From assembly GCF_009914755.1 (NCBI RefSeq), contig NC_060925.1: DNA of 64,000 bases; one strand, 5' to 3'. The notes beneath the pieces are model-generated. The model had not been told where the DNA came from. It searched no databases and saw only the letters and a list, made by a program, of their open reading frames with translations. Position 1 is the stretch's first letter; each line of letters begins with the position of its first letter. The stretch is from the human T2T-CHM13v2.0 reference genome, Homo sapiens. Made by a program: the position numbers and the translations under genes. This document shows positions 38,121-55,799 of this stretch, piece after piece.

Positions 38121-41044
38121 AGATTTCCCTAAGCATAGCTGGGTTGCAGGAGTGACTGCTAAAACAATTACCTTGGCTAGCATTTATGGGATTTTTACTA
38201 ACAAAGAGGAAAAATAATTTGCTTCATCTAAAATCTTGACAAGTGAGCTATAAATGAAAGAAGATGTGTACACCCTAGAGAGGGAAGGCATTCAGCTTCT
38301 CTGTGGTCCTACAGAGGTTTGTCTCCATTCCTGAAAATCTTTTTCATTGCCTCTTTTGACATTCCTACCAACTGACTGTATAATACTACAGTTTCTCTCT
38401 GGCTTGCTTGTTGCTTCCTATTGAACTCTCTGGGGAATATCATGCCCCACATGCAGATATGTTGTACTCACTCTGGGTCATTAAGTCCTTCCCTCATCAA
38501 TACCAATGGTGCACAGAAGCAGCTCATGGCAGGTGTTTACTTCTTCTGAGATGTGTTAACCTCAGGTCTTGTTGGACTGGTATTTACCGCAATGGCTCTA
38601 TTTTGTAGATTAAAAAACCTGAAGCTCATGGGTTAGAAATGAGTAGGTCAAAGCTCTAATGAGGAAATAACATAGAAAGACAATGAATTTCAGGTTGTTC
38701 TCAAGCTGCAGTGGATTTTGTTGAGTTTTTTTTCAAGTTATAAAAGCAGTTTGTGTTTATTACTCTAAGACAAACAAAACAGTTCTTATAGGAGCTGGAA
38801 AGCAGGTGCCAACCACCAGACCCATAGTACCTGCCTTACTTGGAAGACTAATTACTATTGCAAAAACTACTCTTTATTGTGCTCTAGCTGAATAGAAGGG
38901 TTTAACATCTTAATCTCTTAGAATTAAAATCTGCATGATATTCTGGCCCTCATCAACCCGCAGCAAGAAGGCTCGTTAAAACCTGGGCAGAATAGGAGGT
39001 GAAGCAAGATGGTGTTAGAGAAGGCTTCACTGATCATTCCCCCAGACAAGGACACCAAGTTAACAGCTATCTACACAGAAAAAAAACACCTTCATAAGAA
39101 CCAATAAACAGGCGAGCACTCATAGTACCTGGTTTTAACTTCTTAGTGCTGAAAAAGGTAGAAAGGTAGAAAGTGCTGAAAAAGGCACTGAAGAGGTAGA
39201 AAGAAACAGTCCTGAGTTGCTGACGCCACCCCTCTCCCACCCCTGGCAGCAGTGGCCTGGTGCAGAGAGCCTCTTTGGGTGCTGGGGCAGGGAGAACCCA
39301 GCAATTCTGAGGCATTGAACTCAGTGTTGTCCTGTTAGAGCAGAAAGGAGAACTGGGTCAAACTCAGCTGATGTCTGCCCACAGAGGGTGCATTTAAACC
39401 AGCCCTAAACAGAAGCCAGTCGTGGATCCCAGCAGTCAGAACTTGTGCCTGCAAATCTCACCACAGAGGGCTACAGTGCTCTGTGACTCCAAGTAAACTT
39501 GAAAGGCAGTCTAAACCATAAGGACTGCAATTCTTAGACTAGTCCTAGTGTTGAATTAGGCCCAGAAGCAGTGGACTGGGGTGGGCGTGGTGGGGAGGTG
39601 GCGTGGATGCAACCTACTAAGGCACCAGCTGGGGCAGCCAAGGGAGTGCTGGCATCACCCTTCCCCTAACCCCAGGCTCCACAGTTCGTGGCTCCAAAAG
39701 AGACCCCCTTCTTCCACTTGAGGAGAGGAGAGGGAAAAGTGGATAGGACTTTGTCTTGCATCTTGGATACCAGCTCATCCACAACAGGATTGGACACCAG
39801 TCAAAGTTGTGAGGCCCCCATTCCAGGCCCTAGCTCCTAGACAACATTTCTTAACACACCCTGGGCCAGAAGGGAACCCACTCCCTTGAAAGAAAGGACC
39901 AAGTCCTGGGAGCATGCATCACCTGCTAACTGAAGAGCCCTAGGGCCCTAAATAACGAGCAGCAATACCCAGGTACTACATCAAGGGCCTTGGGTCAGCC
40001 TCTGAGACTTGCTGGCTTCAAGTGAAACTCAGCCCATTCCCAGCTGTAATGACTATGGGGCAAAACTCCTCCTGCTTGAGAAAAGCAGAGGCAGAAGTAA
40101 AGGGGACTTTGTCCTGCACCTTAGATACCAGCACAGCCACAGAGGGGCAAAGCATCAAACAGGCTCTTGGGATTCCTGATTCTAAGACTTGACTCTTGGA
40201 CAGCATTTCTGGACCTGACTGAAGCCAGCAGGGAGCCCACTGTCCTAGAGGGTGAGTTCCAGGCCAGGCAGCATTCACCATGAGCTGACTGAAGTGCCCC
40301 TGGACCTTAAGGAAACATGGGTGGTAGTCCAGCAGTACTCCTTGTGGCCTGGGGTGGTGGTGGCTACAGGGAGAGGCTCCTTTGCCCTTAGAAAGGGGAG
40401 GGAAGAGTGGGAAGGACTGTGTCTTATGGTTTGAGTGCCAGCACAGCTGTAATACAGTAACACCAGATAGACCTCTAAGGTCTTTGACTCTAGTCCCTGA
40501 CTCTTGGATAGCACCTCTGGACCCACCTGGGGCCTGGGGGACCTCACTATCCTGAAAAGAAGAATACAGGCCTGGTTGGCTTTACCACCTGATGATCGCA
40601 GAGCCCCAGGGCCTTTAGAGAACATAGGCAGTAGCCAGGGAATGGTTACAGCAGGCCTTGGGCGAGCCCCAGAGCTGTGTTGGATTCAGGTCTGACCCAG
40701 CCCAGTTGTATTGCTGGTGGTGCTTGTGTCACTCCACCCCCAGCTTTATGTGGCTCAGAACAGAGAGAACGATTTCATTTGTTTGGGAGAAAGTAAGGAA
40801 AGAGAACAAGAGTCTCTGCCCGGTAATCCAGAGAATTCTCCCAGATCTTGTCCAAGACCATCAAGTCAGTACCTCTATGAGTCTGCAAGAATCACAGCAT
40901 TATTGGGCCTGGGGTGTCTCCTAAAGCAGATACAGCTTAGATCACAACACCCAAGTCTTTTCAAATATCTGGAAAGCCTTCCCAATAAGGATGGCTACAA
41001 ATAAGCCCAGACAGTGAAGACTACAATAAACACCTAACTCTTCA

Positions 41045-42030
41045 ATGCCCAGACACCAAAGAACATCTACTAGCGTCAACACCGTCCAGGAAAACATGAC
41101 CTTACCAAATGAACTAAATAAGGCACCAGGGACCAATACTGGAGAAACAGAGATATGTGACCTTTCAAATAGAGAATTCAAAATAGCTGCATTGAAGTAA
41201 CTCAAAGAAACTCAAGATCACACAGAGAAGGAGTTCAGAATTCTATCACATAAATGTAACAAAGAGATTGAAATAATTAAAGAATCAAGCAGAAATTCTG
41301 GAACTGAAAAATTCAGTTGGCATACTGAAGAATGCATCAGATTTTCCTTTAATAGCAGAATTTATCAAGCAGAAGAAAGAATTAGAGAGCGTGAAAACAG
41401 CCTATTTGAAAATACAGAGTAAGAGGAGACAAAATTAAAAAAATAAAAAACAATGCAGCTTGCCTACAGGATCTAGAAAATAATCTCAAGGGCAAATCTA
41501 AGACTTTTTGGTCTTAAAGAAGTGGTTGAGAAAGAGATATGGGTAGAATGTTTTTTCAAAGGAACAAGACCAGAGAACTTCCCAAACCTAGAGAAAGATA
41601 TCAATATGCTAGTACAAGAAGGTTATAGAACACCAAGCAGATTTAACCCAAAAAAGTCTACCTCAAGGCATTTAATAATCAAACTCCCAAAAGTCAAGGA
41701 TAAATAAAGGATCCTAAGAGCAGCCAGAGAAAAGAAACAAATAACATAAAATGGAGCTCCAATATGTCTGGCAGCAAACTTCAGGGGAAACTTTACAAAC
41801 CAGGAGAGAGTGGCATGACATATTTAAAGTGCTGAAGGAAAACAAAAACAAAAACAAAAACAAAAATATTTCACCCTAGAATAGTATATCAGGCAGAAAT
41901 AGCCTTCAAACATGAAGGAGAAATAAGTATTTTCTCAGACAAACAAGACCTGAGGGATTCCATGAATACCAGACCTTTCCTACCAGACGTGCTAAAGGGA
42001 GTAGTTCCATCAGAAAGAAAAAGACATTAA
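41045..42030 (+). pseudogene. Disrupted L1 ORF1
   Basis: Starts ATGCCCAGACAC; ORF-track fragment ENFPNLEKDIN...RTPSRFNPKKSTSRHLIIKLPKVKDK is ORF1p-like; multiple stops and frameshifts. Confidence 0.85.
41840..41866. repeat. (CAAAAA)n expansion inside L1 ORF1
   Basis: aacaaaaacaaaaacaaaaacaaaaa read directly. Confidence 0.85.
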
Positions 42031-42539
42031 TGAGCAATAAATAATCACCTGAAGGTACAAAACTCACTGGTAATAGTAAGTAAATGGAAAAACAAAGAAT
42101 ATCATAACACTGTAACCGTGGTGTGTAAACTACTTTCATCCTAAGTAAAAAGACTCAAAAATAACCAATAAATTATAATAACTAAAATAACTTTTCAAGA
42201 CATCATCAGTACAATAAGATATAAATGGAAACAACCAAAAGTTAAAAAGTGAGGAGACAAAGTTAAAGCATAGAGTTTTATTAGTTTTCTTTTTGCTTGT
42301 TTGTTTGTTTATGCAAATAATGTTAAGTTGTTATTCGGTAAAATAATAGGTTATTTATAAGATAGCATTTTCAAGCCTCATGGTAACTTCAGACCAAAAA
42401 ACATACAATGGACTCACAAAAAATAAAAAGCCGGGAACTACTTTATATGATCAGAGAAAATCACCTCTGCTAGAGGAAGATAGAAAGGAAAGAAAGAAGA
42501 AAGAGAAGACCAAAAAACAACCAGAAATCAAATAACAAA

Positions 42540-46574
<4,035 letters not shown>

Positions 46575-47334
46575 AAATCAAAACAATTGAACTCATGGAC
46601 ATAGAGAGTAGAAGGATGGTTACGAGAGGCTGGGAAGGGTATTGGGAGGGTGGCAGAGGGAGGTGCGGATGGCTAATGGGTACAAAACAATAGCTGGAAA
46701 GAATGAATAAGACCTACTATTTGATAGCACAACAGGTTGACAATAGTCAATAATCACTTAGTTGTACCTTTTAAAATAGCTTAGAGTGTAATTGAATTGT
46801 TTGTAACTTGAAGGATAAATGCTTGAGGGGATGGATACCCCATTCTCCATGATATGCTTATTTCACATTGCATGCCTGTATCAAAACATCTCCTATACCC
46901 CATAAATATATGCACCTACTATGTACCCAAAAAAATTGAAATTAAAAAACAAACATGAGCGGAAGGCAAACAATTCTGCCTGAGGAGCAGTGGTTCCACC
47001 CAGTTTTCTCTCATAGAACCCCAGTTGCTGTCTTGGAGTTGGCTTGTCTCCAAACCCTCTACTTCGTTCCATTTGTTCCGCTCGTGTAGCCTGTCTTTGC
47101 TTTTGACCAGGCCCATGCCTAGCTGTATAGCTATCTGCTAACCTGGACTTACTGACCTGGAGTGCACACCATGCCTGCTCTCTCATGGCTGGCCTCACAT
47201 GCTGAAGTCTGGACTTGGCTTCCTTCCCTGGATCCATGGTACCCACGGGCACTTTCTGCTTTCCCTGGTGTTCCATGGCCATTCTTCTGGCCTGGCTCTG
47301 GTTCCTGGCCTTTTCTGAGAGAAGTCCTATTTTT

Positions 47335-47361
47335 CTGCTGCTTCTGCTGCTGCTGCTTCTG
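47335..47361. repeat. Short interrupted (CTG)n
   Basis: (CTG)2 CTT (CTG)4 CTT CTG. Confidence 0.8.
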
Positions 47362-47779
47362 CCAGACTGGGTTGGATTCCTTTGTACTCTTGCCTGAGCA
47401 GCTCAGAGTTTTTGTCATTTTTTTATTCCCTCACATTACCAATAAGAAGTAATTGCAAGAAGGGTAGAAAGTAGAACCAGAGTATTGTCTCCATTTTACA
47501 GATAGCTAGACTCAAATCCAAAACATTAAGGTGGCTATGTTCGTCAAATTAAGACCAGCTTAATACAGTACCAGCTTCCCCTGACACTCATTCCTGCTCT
47601 CTTCTCTGCCAGTATTCTCAAGATTTGGGAGAATGCTGTTGCAGTAACACAGGAGATGAGACCCAAAGCAGGATACACCACCTGCCAATGTCTTGTTCAC
47701 CCTCAGCCCTCTGACATGACCTTGGAAGAAAGAGGAAATTCTGTTTCTATGTAAAGAAGGCCATCAAGGGAAGGTTTAC

Positions 47780-48235
47780 TGTATTGGTTTCCCAGTACTA
47801 CCATAACAAAATACCACAAACTAGGTGGCTTAAAAAAACAGAAATTTGTTGTCTTATAGTTCTGGAGGCTGGTAGTTCCAAATCAAGGTGTTCAAAGAGC
47901 AATGTTCCCTCAGAAAACTGTAAGGGACTTTTTTCTTGCTGCTTTGTAGCTGCTGGTGTTGCCTGCAATGTTTGGCATTCCTCAGCTTGTAGATGTATTA
48001 TTCTGATGCTCCATCTTCACACAGCATTCTCCCAGTGTCTCTGTCTTCACCTGGCTGTCTTCATAGAGGATAACAGTCGTATTGAATTAGGGGCCCACCC
48101 GACTCCACTATGATCTCATCTTAACTAGTTACACCTGTAACAACCCTATTTCCAAATGAGGTCACATTTTGAGTTACTGGGGCTTAGAATCTCAACATAT
48201 CCTTTTTTCAGTGACATGTAAAGTTCACTCATAAA
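47780..48235 (-). mobile_element. MLT1C-like solo LTR
   Basis: tgtattggtttcc...cataacaaaataccacaaactaggtggcttaaa...gtcgtattgaattaggggcccaccc...ccctatttccaaatgaggtcacatt. Confidence 0.85.
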
Positions 48236-48365
48236 GTGACTATCATAAATTCAGCTCATAAAGGCATTAAAATAAGTTGAATTCCCTTTTAGGAGAAGAA
48301 GTGGTCCAAGGGCATGGGGATCACAGAGCATGAAAAGGCAAACACACCTTAAAAATGCTTTTGAG

Positions 48366-48652
48366 GGCCAGTCACGGTGGCTCACGCCTGTAATCCCAGC
48401 ACTCTGGGAGGCCGAGACAGGTGGATCATGAGGTCAGGAGTTCAAGATCAGCCTGGCCAACATGGTGAAACCCTGTCTCTACTCAAAATACAAAAAATAG
48501 CCGGGTGTGGTGGCACGCACCTGCAATCCCAGTACTCAGGAGGCTGAGGCAGGAGAATGGCTTGAACCTGGGAGATGGAAGTTGTGGTGAGCTGAAATCG
48601 TGCCACTGCACTCCAGCCTGAGTGATAGAGTGAGACTCTATCTCAAAAAAAA

Positions 48653-48684
<32 letters not shown>

Positions 48685-48695
48685 CACACATACAT
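48366..48695 (+). mobile_element. AluSg-like with A26(TA)n(CA)n tail
   Basis: Full dimer; TSD atgcttttgag at 48355-48365 and 48696-48706. Confidence 0.95.
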
Positions 48696-49374
48696 ATGCT
48701 TTTGAGGTTTGCATCAAGAAGCAGGTACCCAGGTATCCTATCTTCTAGTCCCCTCCTCACAAGGCAGGAGTGGCTCACAGGCACCAGCTCCCCTGCAGGG
48801 CCTTGTAGGAAGACTCTGACGACAGCAAGATCTCCCCAACACATATTATAAAGTGAGAGGCACAGGCATTTGTGCCTTTGCTTCTGGGGAGAGTCCTGCA
48901 TTCAGAACTTTTCTTGACACTTAATTCAGTCTTGTCCTCAAATTTTCCAGAATCCAGAGGCCAAAACTAAGGTTCAGTTCTTGAATTTGCCTCATGTTCA
49001 AGTGTTATCACATTTATTATACTGAGGACATGTGGGCCCAGATGAGTATGTTCTTTGTACAGGTTGGAGAATCTGGAAAATCTAGAAATCAAACTACAGT
49101 CTCAGTTGAAAAAGCCAGGGAGATTTATTCTGAAGAAGAGAATAAAGGATTGGGGAATGGAAATAATGACTGCTTTCAAACAATTGACGAGCTATTACTT
49201 AAGGAGACAAATGGTTCTTACATATTAGTTTTTCTTTTTGATAGAAACCCCTAGCAAACAAAAAATATTAATACAGAAGTATAAAGAAATTGAACAGGGA
49301 AAAAGAGAGAGAGAGATGCTCAAGTTGAAGCAGAATGTTTCAGGAGATAGGCCAAGCTCTCTCAAAATATAATT

Positions 49375-49640
49375 TTGAGCATGTCAAAGACTCAAAGAAC
49401 CTGAGAGTTGTAAAGCAACTTGAGGTAATGTCATCTTTGTTTTCTTTCTTAGTGCAGGAAATACTTTTATTGCATTCCTGACAGTGGTCTTCTAGCTACC
49501 ACTTGATTATTTCAAAGACACAGAAATCACTAACTATACCACAGAGCATCCCATTACCTTTTGGATGGTCAGTTTTAATTATTAGAAGATTCTTCCTTAT
49601 CTTGAGCCAAACTTTAACCCTTGATTTCAACCACCCTTTG
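49375..49640 (-). mobile_element. L3/CR1 3' relic
   Basis: cattcctgacagtggtcttctagc...aatcactaact...ttaattattagaagattcttccttatcttgagccaaa resembles the antisense L3 3' region. Confidence 0.55.
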
Positions 49641-49861
49641 GATAATCCTCGGCCTAGTTTCCAGTGTATGTTTTCCAGACGGGTTCCATTCAGCTCTAGG
49701 GTTTCTGGAGACCCTCCTGTATCTGTCTATGATGGAATGAGGAAGACAGAGTGATAACACTTGAACATGAAGACAGCGCAGAAATCATATAATTAATTTT
49801 CTCATTTACTTGTAGTCCTAAGACGGAGGGCATAACCTGCAGAAGTCAAGTTTGCCTAAAA

Positions 49862-50184
<323 letters not shown>

Positions 50185-50329
50185 TGATACTGAATTCCAA
50201 TCCTCTCGGAAGTGATCATGAAGACTAATTTCCTGGTTCTGAAAGTTTTCCTTTATTTGATCTTTGTATGTCATTTTACTGTCACAGAGTTGCTAGGGAG
50301 TAATCATTTCCACTCTCAGCCTACCCTAG

Positions 50330-50500
50330 ACACACACCATGCTCATTCTTAAATCCATGAGTGTAGCACACTTTATCCCTCAACTAGTACTGATTGTATT
50401 TAGCAGGCTGCAGTCATTGAAGGCAAGGACTCTGTATCCACATGCACTAATGCTTTCCTTTTACTAGGTGCTCTACAATGTGTGTTGAATGACTGAATGA
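50330..50500 (+). mobile_element. L2 3' end
   Basis: ttgaaggcaaggactctgt...taggtgctctacaatgtgtgttgaatgactgaatga. Confidence 0.5.
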
Positions 50501-52528
50501 TGCATCTTTCTATGCTGTTATTCTTGGCTTCTTGTCTATCCTCCATCTCCCTACCCATCTAAATTGGAATGATAAGCAACTTGAGGTGAGGTCTGATGCT
50601 CTGTATGCTGCTGAAATGGCAGAGCCCTTAGGGAATGCTGGGCACTGGAGAGTAACAGAATAAATACTGTTGATGGATGATTAGAGAATGAGTGGGTCAA
50701 TTGTCGCCATGTAAGTCTGGGATTCATACACATGGGCATGTACTTACATTTCTATTCATGTTTTATATAAAGGGCTTTTGACTCACCTTGGTACCTTGAT
50801 CCAGTTTCCTCCAGCACAGTCCTGTGGTCAATGCTCGGGTCATGGAAATACTTCACATAGATGCAACAGCACACACATCTTTTATGAGCTCTGGTGACTT
50901 GGGTTGTACCTTGAAATTGCAAAAGTGAAGGTTTGTTTAATGATTTTTAATTAATTTTAATTACTTACATTTTGAATGGTGGCTTAGCATTCTGAATCCC
51001 AGCCCCTCAGATCACTCTGGGATGCATGCCAATTTTCTCATTACACACTGCTCCCCTAACACTATTTGATAATGAAAGGCTTTAAAGCAACCCCCACTCA
51101 AATATTCAATATGTAATGGGGAGCTCTTGGGAGACAGGAGTGGATTACAGTGTGAGGTATAGATAATATAGCTTATTGGACCTGAATTTATAAAAAGATA
51201 TTTTCAGCGGGGGAACATTCTGCTTTTGGCAATGAGGCAGAACTCTTCCTCCTTTTACCCTTGTCACTGTGCTTCAGTGTCCTAACCCTAATGCAATCCT
51301 CATCAATGCCTGGAATGATGAGCTAATAGGAGCAATAGTCCCAAAGGGATTAGATTGCATTTCCCCTAAAGGTTGAAATGTCATTTAATTTTAAAAGATG
51401 TATTGGAGATAAATCAGAGGAGAGCGAGAAGTGGGAAGCATTCACTCACTAACGGAGAGGACATAGGTAAGATACTTTTTAGTTTTAGATGGTAAAACAC
51501 ACACCAGCATAGACTTCCAAGCAAGGTTGAGAACTCCCTAGGGGCAAAGACCATAGCATTTTGTAATGTACGTGAACTTTGACACAATACCAGTGAAGTT
51601 CCAAACACTGAAATGTTTTAGCTGTGGGATCAGGGAAAATAATTTAGCACTCAGAATTTAGTTTCCACAGTTCTAAACTCATTCCTGTCTCAACGACCAT
51701 GGAGAAAGTTCAATATAGTATTTGGCACATATTAGATGCCCCCAAGTAGTAATCTCTTCCCTCCTTTATCTTATGTTTAAAACTATAAACAGGTCTTGTT
51801 TTTTTTTTTTTTTTGAGACCACATAGGGAAAGTTCTACCTAGAGGCAAGGGAGGATAAAATGATTCCTGGAATTATATATAGTGCCGAAATATTCCAAGG
51901 ATATGATAATTTAACAGGCCTCATTTGTCTGTCTCCACTCTGATGTTGTCTAGAGAGAAAAGCAGTAGTAGAAGAAAGAGTTATATCTGCTGGAGAATAT
52001 ATGACAAACTTGATCCAATAGGTGATGGCCTATGGCCCTGGTTTCCTGAGGGTCCTGAGACTATGAATGAATGTTGTTCAGAGTGCTTGTGCTAGTGATG
52101 TAGCCTGAACCAGCTGATCAGTCTTGGGCATCAGAGAACTATGTATACAGCTTCCTGCTGCTGCTGAGACACTCAGCTTATTATCAGAGCTGAAATGGGA
52201 GGGGGTCAGACTACTATATTTTTGTGGACAATGTGGCTCACAGAGGAGTAAGATATAGCCACTCATGTTTATTCAAAGGATTTAGAAACACTACTTTTTG
52301 AGGTGAAGGCTGAGTGTTACTCCAATTCCAGATGCTTGTCAAAGATATTTACTGGTCATCATATAAGATATTTCATTTCTCTCTTTTTCTCTGCCCATTT
52401 CATTCTTAACTGGCTGCTTTTCCACTTTCTTTATTTTTCCCTTGGCTAACAACTGAGAGTTGCCATTTGAAGTCTCTGTCAGGAGTTGTGAAGTAGATAT
52501 TTGTTAAGGTGATTAGGAATTGTTATCA

Positions 52529-52900
<372 letters not shown>

Positions 52901-54824
52901 TTAGCAGACTTCTTTTCTTGATCAACTCCTTGTCAAAAGACCGAAGAGGAAGTGATGGGTGCTGCCACCCAGGGATGTTGGAAGTGAAGGTGAACTCAGT
53001 AGAGGTGAGTCAAGTGGGAAGTAGCCGACCTCTTTTCTGTCCACAGTCTGTGCATAATTCATAGCACAGAGATTACATACAATTTCTTATTCGTGAACCG
53101 TTAAGCAGACTGGTTATTACTCTTGGCCAACTGAAAGGAGATGACTCCCTCTACCAGCATCAAGGACACATAAACATTCTCAGACCCTTAGAAAACAGTC
53201 ATCAGTTCCTTCAAAATCCTTAGTTTTGAACTCTTGCTAAGCTGTTGCATATCCCCTTTCAAAAGGACCTTTTGCACCAAAAGACTCCACTGTCAGCAGG
53301 TGTAAATACAAGTATCACTCCTGGAGTATGGAGGACTGAGGGACAGGAGGTATACAGGCTGAAAGGGAAAGAAAAAAATAGAAGGAGTAAAGTCTACTCA
53401 TTTTCTTCCTTATGGCAGTTGGAATTGAATAAAAAATAAGCCAGGGGCCCTACACTAACTAGGTTTCAATTCTATTCCTTCCTCTCAGCCCCATTTCCCC
53501 TGTCTTCTCATCCACATCAGAAGATGGTCCAAGTGTCTGTAATCTTGAGATGAATCATAACAGGTGTTTGAAGTAAAAGCTGGGAGTACTACTTCTGCTC
53601 TTGTGTTTTCCATGCAGCCAGAGTGAGTGAAGAGAGAAGAGCAGATGGGAGGGGGAGTCACAGAAGAAGTGTGGGCACGCAAGCTTTGTGTCATGGGAAC
53701 TTCCCCCCAAGAGTGGGGTGCATTGGCATCGTGGTTTCACATAGGTGTGTGCCACAAGACACTGAGACTCACCTGCTTTCTTTACCCAATAGTTTAGAAA
53801 GCCAGCAAAATCCTTGTGTAGCCTGGATCAAATTCACTCCCATGCTACCCTGCTCAAGGTCCCAGAAGTATTTTTGTGTGCAATGCTATGGAGTAAAAGC
53901 TAAAAAGATACAGTTCCTGTCTTTGCAGTTTAACAAATTTTTATAGGCATTTCATATCTGACAGCCATTTCATGCTTCTTTTACTAAAGCTTGGGAGGCA
54001 GCCGGGGCCAGTTCTCAACACCTTTGAGAAGAGAATTTCGCTTCTTTGAAATTTTAGAGCAAGTTTTTTATAGCTTTGGCTCCTGTGTGTTCCTCGGCGC
54101 CTGTATGTGACGCATGTTGTGTTGCTTCCACATTTTTGTCAGTGTCTGGAAGTCTCCGAAGAGTTGGCAATGTCTCTCGCTAGCCCCAGGGACTCACTTT
54201 TGTTTCTTCATTGACTGAGTTTGTTCGCTCTCTTTCTACTCTTTTCTTCTCTCACTTAAAAAAAAAAATAGCAAAAGGCATTTTAAATGAGTGAGGCAGT
54301 AAGGTGCCAGAGTTGTGACTTCCATACCTCAGTGAGTAATGATAGGATTAAAAAACATTCCATATGTTTCATTCAGGTAGCTGTCCAGGGACCTTGCCAG
54401 AAATAGAAAGTGATAGAAAGCAGGATATCACAGTGGAGCACAATACAGAGCCGTGTTCACAGAGTCCCATTACACCTCTTTCTTCCCTTCCCATCCAGCT
54501 CCCCAGGGCCTGGAGGAGCTGGGATGAAAGAGCCTTTCATGGAATGAAAAGCCAAGAAAGCCACACAATTGCCAGTGTCTTGGAGACAACAGCAAATGGA
54601 GTGTGACGCTCAGTTAATTAAGTGATGAAGGCAACAGAGCTCTTCCTGAGTTCGGTTGCCCTGGTCCCTTCAGAAGCAGAGGCAAGTCTGAGTTCGAGCC
54701 CTTCTGGTCCTAACAACTTTGCCATCAGGGGTTTATCTGAGCTCTGCCTTGAGGCAGAGTGAAAAATAATCACCACCAATTCTAAAGCTGACAGAAGTTC
54801 TTTTTCGAGGTTCTTCTCCTCCAC

Positions 54825-55025
54825 TGCGGTGGTGTGTGGTGTGTGGAAATAGCATTGAATTTGCAATCCAGTAGTCTCAGATACCAGTCCTGGCTGGACT
54901 TCCTTCTTGCTACAACTTGATTTCTCCTCCGTAAAGTGGGTTAACAGTAATTCTTACATCACAGGGCCATTGAAAGGATCAAGTAACATAAATATGTGTT
55001 TTATAAACTAATAGGTATTATCATG
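54825..55025 (+). mobile_element. MIR relic
   Basis: ggtgtgtggaaatagcattgaatttgcaatc...tttctcctccgtaaagtggg...tgaaaggatcaagtaa. Confidence 0.6.
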
Positions 55026-55140
55026 ACATTGACATTGTAACTACTCCTAACTGGACTGAAAACATTCAAAGAAAGGCAGACTAGAGCTGATGAGAAAATG
55101 AAAGAGGTCCAAATGGAAGGGAGTGAATTGATATATATTT

Positions 55141-55411
55141 CTTTTTTTTCTTGAGACAGAGTCTCACTCTGTCACCCAGGCTGGAGTGCAGTGATGTGAT
55201 CTCATCTCACTGCAACCTCTGCCTCCCAGGTTCAAGCAATTCTGGGACTACAGGTGTGCGCCACCATCCCCGGCTAATTTCTGCATTTTTAGTAGAGATG
55301 GGTTTTTTGCCATGTTGGCTAGGCTGGTCTCGAACTCCTGGTCTCAAGTGATCTGCCCGCCTGAGCCTCCCCAAATGCTGGGATTACAGGTGTGCACCAC
55401 TGCATCCAGCC
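55141..55411 (-). mobile_element. AluS with ~25-nt deletion in the right arm
   Basis: Antisense dimer; caagcaattct joins directly to gggactacagg. Confidence 0.92.
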
Positions 55412-55451
55412 AATTGTATATGTACATATACATACGTATACATACATATAT

Positions 55452-55799
<348 letters not shown>

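Noticed and set aside
47149-47452. PolyQ / polyC / polyL ORFs over the CTG tract
   Set aside because: A short interrupted trinucleotide repeat read in several frames; no coding evidence and too short to suggest instability.
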